Positions 57,084-64,000 of a stretch of DNA of 64,000 nt are shown piece by piece. This DNA is from Armatimonadota bacterium (GTDB taxonomy: Bacteria > Armatimonadota > Fimbriimonadia > Fimbriimonadales > GBS-DC). Below the pieces are notes generated by a model. The model was not told the origin of the DNA. It made no database searches and was given only the letters and a program-made list of their open reading frames with translations. Numbering within the stretch: position 1 is the stretch's first letter; each line of letters starts with the position of its first letter. The DNA lies in the NCBI GenBank assembly GCA_037444405.1, contig JBBIML010000007.1, positions 1 through 64,000 on the forward strand. The letters are read 5' to 3'. Position numbers and translations under genes: made by a program.

Positions 57084-57164
57084 CCGAAAAATAAGAAACC
57101 GCCCTGAAGGGTGAGCCTTCAGGGCGGTTGGGTTATCATTCGGGCACCGACCTATCTTCCCGCT
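57084..57164. repeat. 81-bp direct repeat, copy 2
   Basis: Identical to 49343-49423; overlaps the intact 5S gene. Confidence 0.92.
57087..57129 (-). terminator. rrn operon terminator
   Basis: AACCGCCCTGAAGG-CTCAC-CCTTCAGGGCGGTT followed by TCTTATTTTT on the minus strand. Confidence 0.85.
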
Positions 57165-57256
57165 CCGTTGCCAGAGCAGTATTTTCGGCGCTGGAGGGCT
57201 TAACGGCCGTGTTCGGGATGGGAACGGGTGTTGCCCCTCCGCTATGGGCACCCGAA
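57139..57256 (-). rRNA. rrf: 5S rRNA
   Basis: CACCCGTTCCCATCCCGAACAC core; terminal helix; ~118 nt. Confidence 0.92.
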
Positions 57257-57440
57257 TGAAAGCGTCGGTGGACAATCGGGCGTTGTGTTCGTCGAGAAGT
57301 GCGTCCAGTGGGCAAGCCCTCGGCCGGTTAGTACGGCTCGGCTCAACGCATTGCTGCGCTTACACGTGCCGCCTATCGACCCGGTCATCTACCGGGGGCC
57401 TTACTCCGTTGACCGGATGGGAGACCTTATCTTGGGGTGG

Positions 57441-57471
<31 letters not shown>

Positions 57472-57604
57472 CCGTCCCGACATGGCTACCCAGCGACTGC
57501 CCCTGGCGGGACAACTGGTACACCAGAGGTCGGTCCAGCCCGGTCCTCTCGTACTAGGGCCAGCTCCCCTCAAGTCTCCTCCGCCTGCGGTGGATAGGGA
57601 CCGA

Positions 57605-58355
57605 CAATCTGTTACTTTCAGCGTCTTTTGGACGCCTACTGACCTTGCCTCTGGCAAGGCGGGTAAGCCTTTCGGCTTACCTCTGCATGTCGCCATGCAG
57701 TTCGGACTGTCTCTTCACCCTGTGGGCTTCAGGGTGTCCGGCGTACAGTCTCTGAGGGTTCCAGATGAGAGTAGATGGTTTTGATATCGATCTTCCGATA
57801 AGCTCCGTTGTCGTTCATGCTCACAGCGATCTGCAGGATTGCTTTGAAGCCTGCAGGCGTGAGATGCTCTCTGTTATGGAGCTTTCGGACAATCGTGGCG
57901 AACTTCTCAAAATCGTGGCGTTTGGTGGTGCGGAGCGGATAGCGCTCAAAGAAGGGGATGACCTTCTCCAAGAGGTCTTTGCGTGATCGCACCACAAACA
58001 CCCAGGTTTTGTCGTTCGGTTTGCGACGGTCGTTCGGCTTCAGGTAGCCGCAACCCAGCGTGTCTCGGATGAGTTCCAGCACGCTCTTGTTTCGTTCGTG
58101 CTGGGAGACATGGAGTTCTGGAATGACCTGCCAGCCCAGTTTCGTACTGGGATTACGCTGGATGGCTACATGAAAGCTGCCTTCGCCGTCCACAAACCCA
58201 GCGATATAGTAGCCCAGACTCTCATCTGGCCTTCCCTGCTGATTGCCTGCACCTGACGCATTGTTACTCATGTGCTGAAGTATAGCACATGAGTAGCGCA
58301 GGATACTAACCAGGCTTCCCAGCATATAGCCGGATTTATAGACAGCACGGTGAGT
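57605..58355 (-). mobile_element. Group I intron after U2604 (E. coli numbering)
   Basis: Exon GAGACAGU|UCGGUCCC; P1 GACAGU/GCUGUC with U.G pair; terminal G; AAUCAGCAGG and AGAGACUG/ACAGUCC core elements. Confidence 0.88.
57729..58271 (-). CDS. LAGLIDADG homing endonuclease (single motif)
   Basis: [23 protein letters not shown]. Start at MSNNASG. Confidence 0.88.
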   Translation of the reverse strand: MSNNASGAGNQQGRPDESLGYYIAGFVDGEGSFHVAIQRNPSTKLGWQVIPELHVSQHERNKSVLELIRDTLGCGYLKPNDRRKPNDKTWVFVVRSRKDLLEKVIPFFERYPLRTTKRHDFEKFATIVRKLHNREHLTPAGFKAILQIAVSMNDNGAYRKIDIKTIYSHLEPSETVRRTP

Positions 58356-58402
<47 letters not shown>

Positions 58403-58412
58403 TGAACCCCCC

Positions 58413-58471
<59 letters not shown>

Positions 58472-58685
58472 CCGCCGTCGCTGTGGACGCTCGGGCAGGA
58501 TCAGCCTGTTATCCCTAGGGTAGCTTTTATCCGATGAACCCTGGCGTGCCCACGCACTGCCAGAGGGTCACTAGGCCCGGCTTTCGCCTCTGCTCGACCC
58601 GTAGGTCTCACAGTCAAGCCCGCTTATGCCCTTGCACTCGACGCGCGATTTCCGACCGCGCTGAGCGGACCTTTGGACACCTCCG

Positions 58686-59321
58686 TTACCGTTTAGGCAA
58701 TTGCGTTCGTGCAGTCGCTGGCAATTTGTAACGCATTTCGGGTATCAGGTACGGTTCAACCAGTTCCAGGAACCCTGGGAGGTTCCGTCCTGGAATGACA
58801 ATCTGATACCCTTCGGCTTGCCGTCGCAGGTACGCTTCCAGTCCAAACCGTTCGGAAAGCAGCTGTGCCAGTCGCTCGACCTCCTCGCGCTGGAACCCCT
58901 GGGTGTTGAACAGCACGGCTTTCGCTTTGGGGTCTTTGAGGGAGCCGTCGTCCATGAACCAGTATGCCAGGCTACGGGGTTTCAGCCAGCGATGAAGCAG
59001 AGGTGGCACGCGCTTGCGCCCCTCGCGATAGAACTGGTGGGCGTAGAATCGGAAGGCGCCGTGGCTGACGGTCTGGAACCACCAGTTGCCGTTCGATTTC
59101 TGCTGGGGTGGTGTGAGAACCCATTCCTGGAAGAGCTGATAGAGGTGCTGCACATAGGCAGCGTGCGTGGCGCCCTGTTCGATTTTGAGGCGATAGGTGC
59201 GTCCGCGATTGTGCGTTTCCAGGTGGGCATCGCCCAGCAGGATTCCCACCAGCACCTCACGCTGGATGGGCGTGAGCTTGAGTTGCTGTTTATCGGTTTC
59301 GATGGCGCGTGTGTGTGCCAT
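58686..59321 (-). CDS. LAGLIDADG_2 family homing endonuclease (double motif)
   Basis: VGILLGDA and LAYWFMDDG; strong SD AAGGAGGT; stop codon lies in the 3' exon. Confidence 0.88.
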   Translation of the reverse strand: MAHTRAIETDKQQLKLTPIQREVLVGILLGDAHLETHNRGRTYRLKIEQGATHAAYVQHLYQLFQEWVLTPPQQKSNGNWWFQTVSHGAFRFYAHQFYREGRKRVPPLLHRWLKPRSLAYWFMDDGSLKDPKAKAVLFNTQGFQREEVERLAQLLSERFGLEAYLRRQAEGYQIVIPGRNLPGFLELVEPYLIPEMRYKLPATARTQLPKR

Positions 59322-59625
59322 AGCGACCTCCTTCGTCTGCGACGGACTGCACGCCTCCTGTGGGGAGGCTTCCGGTCGCCCGGAAGTTCAGACTGTCTCA
59401 CCATCCACGCAAGGTGGATGCTCGGCGTACAGTCGTTGAGGGGTCACGAGGACTTCCCTGCTGATTGTCCGCACCAGTCGCATTTTCAGTGGCGCAGGCG
59501 CCACTAGCGCTGGATGCTGCACCCCTTCCTCAAAGCACGGAGGTGCGGCTTTGAGTGAGGGGACGGACTTCCCAGCATATAGCCGAGTTTGCCTCCGATG
59601 TTGCCATCGGAGCGCCCCACTGTTG
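58698..59625 (-). mobile_element. Group I intron after U2262 (E. coli numbering)
   Basis: Exon GGGGCGGUCGCCU|CCUAAAC; P1 CGCCU/GGGCG; terminal G; core elements present. Confidence 0.88.
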
Positions 59626-59928
59626 AGGCGACCGCCCCAGTCAAACTACCCACCTAAGACTGTCTCCGAACCGGCTCACGGTTCGGGTTAGCACTTCAGC
59701 AGACCAAGGGTGGTGTTCCATTGACGCCGAAGCTCCCACCTACGCTCTACATGATCTGCCAAAATGCAATCTCAGGCTGTAGTAAAGCTCCATAGGGTCT
59801 TTCCGTCCCACCGCAGGTAACCCGCATCTTCACGGGTAGTACAGTTTCACCGAGAGTCCCGCTGAGACAGTGGCCCAGTCGTTACGCTTTTCGTGCGGGT
59901 CGGAATTTACCCGACAAGGAATTTCGCT

Positions 59929-60685
59929 TATCGCCTTACTCGAGTTTACTCGAGCGAGCCATTACCCCCCTTGTCACAGGGAACGGCTCCTGCATGTCGC
60001 CATGCAGATGGGACCATATCATCACCTCGTCATTGAGGTGTCCGGCGTATGGTCTCTGAGGATTCTAATCACTGCGGAGCGGTCTTTGCGCCGATTCATG
60101 GAAGCGGCTATCTGGGCTATTGTTTCGAGACCTTCTGGTGTCAGATGGTCTCCGCGTGCGACATGCTCCAGACAGCGCGCGAACTTCTCAAAGTCGTCTC
60201 GTTTTGCGGTTTGGAGGGGGTATGTTTGGAAGAACGGGACGATGACTTCGAGAAGGTCCTTGCGACGGCGCACCACATAGCGATACAGGTGTTCCTTGTG
60301 GTTGTCATGGCGTCGGTTTCGGATAATATTTCCGACGCCAAAGAAGTGGCGTAGGCGCTCCAAGGCGTGCAGGCTACGCTCGCCTTGGGTGACAGAGAAC
60401 TCATGAAACACCTGTATGCCGACTTTGTAGCCTTTGCGGAGTCCTCTATGCGGCTGCTGAATGAAGCCGATAGAGAAACAACCTTCGCCGTCTACAAAGC
60501 CGACGACCCATCCGACAGTGATTAGTCTTTCCTGCTGGTTGTCCGCACCAGACGGATTGTTACTCATAGGAAACGGTTTCGTTGAAGACAGGGAGTTTCC
60601 TACGAGTACCGCTGGATACCCCGGAGTTTCCAGCATATAGCCGGATGCGCACCACATGGTTACCCATGTGGGGGGCAGCGAAGCT
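59929..60685 (-). mobile_element. Group I intron after U1931 (E. coli numbering), apparently ending in A
   Basis: Exon GGUCCUAUGGU|AGCGAAAUUCC; P1 GGUAGC-uuc-GCUGCC; P7 GACCAUA/UAUGGUC; last intron nucleotides ...GGCGAUA. Confidence 0.85.
60022..60567 (-). CDS. LAGLIDADG homing endonuclease (single motif)
   Basis: WVVGFVDGEGCF, VPFFQTYPLQT. Start at MSNNPSG. Confidence 0.88.
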   Translation of the reverse strand: MSNNPSGADNQQERLITVGWVVGFVDGEGCFSIGFIQQPHRGLRKGYKVGIQVFHEFSVTQGERSLHALERLRHFFGVGNIIRNRRHDNHKEHLYRYVVRRRKDLLEVIVPFFQTYPLQTAKRDDFEKFARCLEHVARGDHLTPEGLETIAQIAASMNRRKDRSAVIRILRDHTPDTSMTR

Positions 60686-61510
60686 ACCATAGGACCGTTA
60701 GAGTTACGGCCGGCATTCACCCGGGCTTCAGTTTGGGGCTTTGCCTTGCGGCTGACCCCTCCCCTTAACCTACGGGCATTGGCCAAGCGTCGCCCCCTAT
60801 ACATCGGGTTTTCCCCTTAGCAGAGAGCTGTGTTTTTGGTAAACAGTCGCCAGGCCCTCTTTGCTGCGACCTCCCTCCGCTTGGGCGTTGCAGCCTACAC
60901 GGTGGGAGGCACCCCTTCTCCCGAGGTTACGGGGTCAATTTGCCGAGTTCCTTAGCGGGACTTCTCTCGCGCGCCTGAGGCTCCTCGCCTCGCCTACCTG
61001 TGTCGGTTTGCGGTACGGTCAGGTGGGTTCATCGCGGAACGGCTTTTCTCGGCTGCAGTCGGGGTCGCTTCGGTTGCCCGAGGGCTTCCTTCGTCGCCGG
61101 TGCGTTGCCTCACCGGCGAGCGCGGCCTTCCAGCTCCGCGCCCGACCCGTTCTACAGCGTCCCCGTTCGCGCTCCGCCACCTGGGGTGGGAATGTTGACC
61201 CACTGCCCTTCACCTACGGCGTTTCGCCCTCGGCTTAGGACCGCCTAACCTTCAGCGGACGAACCTGCCTGAAGAACCCTTAGGCTTTCGGCGGACGGGA
61301 TTCTCACCCGTCTTCTCGCTACTCGTGCCGGCATTCTCACTTCTGCACGCTCCAGTGGTGCTTCCGCTCCACCTTCACGGCGTGCAGAACGCTCCCCTAC
61401 CGCTCACCAGCGCAGGGCTGGTGAACCCGCCGCTTCGGCGACCAGCTTAAGCCCCCTTACATTGTCGGCGCAGGGTCACATTCGGCCAGTCAGCTGTTAC
61501 GCACTGTTTA

Positions 61511-61547
<37 letters not shown>

Positions 61548-62475
61548 ACGCGACCCTACATCCTTTCACACTGAGCTGGTGCTTAGGGGCCTTAGCGGGC
61601 GGTCTGGGCTGTTTCCCTTTTGACAACGGCGCTCATCCGTCGCTGTCTCACTCCCACGCTTCCTGCTATGCCATTCGGAGTTTGGTTGGGTTCGGTAACC
61701 TGGTAGGGCCCCTAGCCCATCCAGTGGCTCTACCTGCATAGCATAGCGCGTGGGGCTGCACCTCAATGCATTTCGGGGAGAACCAGCTATCTCCGCGCTC
61801 GATTGGCATTTCACCACACTACCCCCAGTTCCTCCGAGCCCTTTTCAACGGACACCGGTTCGGCCCTCCACCGTGTGTTACCACGGCTTCAGCCTGACCA
61901 GGGGTAGATCGCGCGGTTTCGGGTCTACGCCTTGTGACTGAGTCGCCCTGTGAGGACTCGCTTTCGCTACGGCTCCGTGCCGGAGGCACTTAACCTTGCC
62001 GCTGAGCGTAACTCGCCGGCTCATTCTGCAAAAGGCACGCCGTCAGGCTGTTCCCCTTGCGGGGCATAGCCCTCCGACTGCTTGTAGGCGCACGGTTTCA
62101 GGTTCTCTTTCACTCCCCTCGCCGGGGTGCTTTTCACCTTTCCCTCACGGTACTGGTTGCGCTATCGGTGGCAAGGAGTATTTAGCCTTACCCGGTGGTC
62201 CGGGCCGATTCGCGCAGGGTTCCTCGTGTCCCGCGCTACTCGGGAGCCTGACGGGAGACGATTCCTTTTCGCATACGGGGCTCTCACCCTCTATGGCGTG
62301 CCGTTCCAGGCAGCTTCTGCTAAGGAACCGTTTTGTCACTCCCTGAGCGGTCTGCCGCCCGCTCGGTCAGGTCCCACGACCCTGGCATCGCAACGCCGGC
62401 AGGCTTGGCACGATGCCAGTTTAGGCTGTTCCCCGTTCGCTCGCCACTACTGAGGGAATCCCATTCGGTTTCTTT

Positions 62476-62510
<35 letters not shown>

Positions 62511-62798
62511 ACCCTCCGCACCGCCTATGGGTTCAGCGGAGGGTGACCACCCTTGCGGTGGCCGGGTTTCCCCATTCGGGCATCCACGGATCAACGCCTG
62601 TTTGCGGCTCCCCGTGGCTTATCGCAGCTGACCACGCCCTTCATCGGCTCCTTGCCCCGAGGCATCCACCGTGCGCCCTTAGTAGCTTGCCCACTCAGAC
62701 GCACTTCTCGGTGAACACTTCGCCCGATTGTCAAGGTGCACATTTGGTTGAGAGGGGTCCGTTGCCCCTGGGTAAACCCTCGCAGGTAGGCTACAGGT

Positions 62799-62873
62799 TG
62801 GTGGAGGCGACCGGATTTGAACCGGTGACCCCCTGCGTGCAAAGCAGGTGCTCTCCCGCTGAGCTACGCCCCC
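62799..62873 (-). tRNA. tRNA-Ala (TGC)
   Basis: GGGGGCGTAGCTCAG...TGC anticodon...CTCCACCA, in the 16S-23S spacer. Confidence 0.95.
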
Positions 62874-62877
62874 ACGC

Positions 62878-62954
<77 letters not shown>

Positions 62955-63020
62955 TGCTTTGCTGATTCACCCTCAAAGCCGGGCAGGCTTGCGCTCTGGA
63001 GCCGCCGAGTTGGCTCCGTT

Positions 63021-64000
<980 letters not shown>

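Larger units (their letters stand above)
49343..57164. mobile_element. Genomic island inserted at the 3' end of the 5S rRNA gene, no integrase
   Basis: Bounded by an exact 81-bp direct repeat; cargo is an FHA protein and a type III RM system; parts are visibly AT-richer than the flanks. Confidence 0.75.

Noticed and set aside
53982..57275. 1097-aa Mod ORF starting inside the 5S gene
   Set aside because: The extension runs through rrf and the terminator. The SD and -10 box support a start at 57044.

Overview
This GC-rich bacterial window has three parts. The gene style suggests a thermophile, possibly Armatimonadota-like, but that is a low-confidence inference. (1) Positions 1-49.3 kb are mostly housekeeping and metabolic genes. 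They include thrC, phhA, a CBS/CGL pair, a complete alternative complex III (actABCDEF-G-sco) plus caa3-type oxidase operon, pyrG, pdxH, mrp, pgm, a fatty acid-CoA ligase, an acuC-like deacetylase and a decaying FIST/hybrid-kinase pair. (2) A ~7.7-kb island without an integrase carries an FHA protein, a frameshifted type III Res and an intact type III Mod. It is bounded by an exact 81-bp direct repeat made of the 5S rRNA 3' end plus the rrn terminator. (3) A minus-strand rrn operon (partial 16S, tRNA-Ile, tRNA-Ala, 23S, 5S) has a 23S gene interrupted by three group I introns (E. coli positions 1931, 2262, 2604), each with a LAGLIDADG endonuclease. Other highlights: the L1931 intron appears to end in A instead of the canonical omega-G; the L2262 endonuclease has its stop codon in the rRNA exon; 23S helix 78 is reduced to a stub; an unannotated 81-aa basic ORF has an ATC start, an ECF-type promoter and a terminator; and REP-like palindromes are embedded in frame in two proteins.
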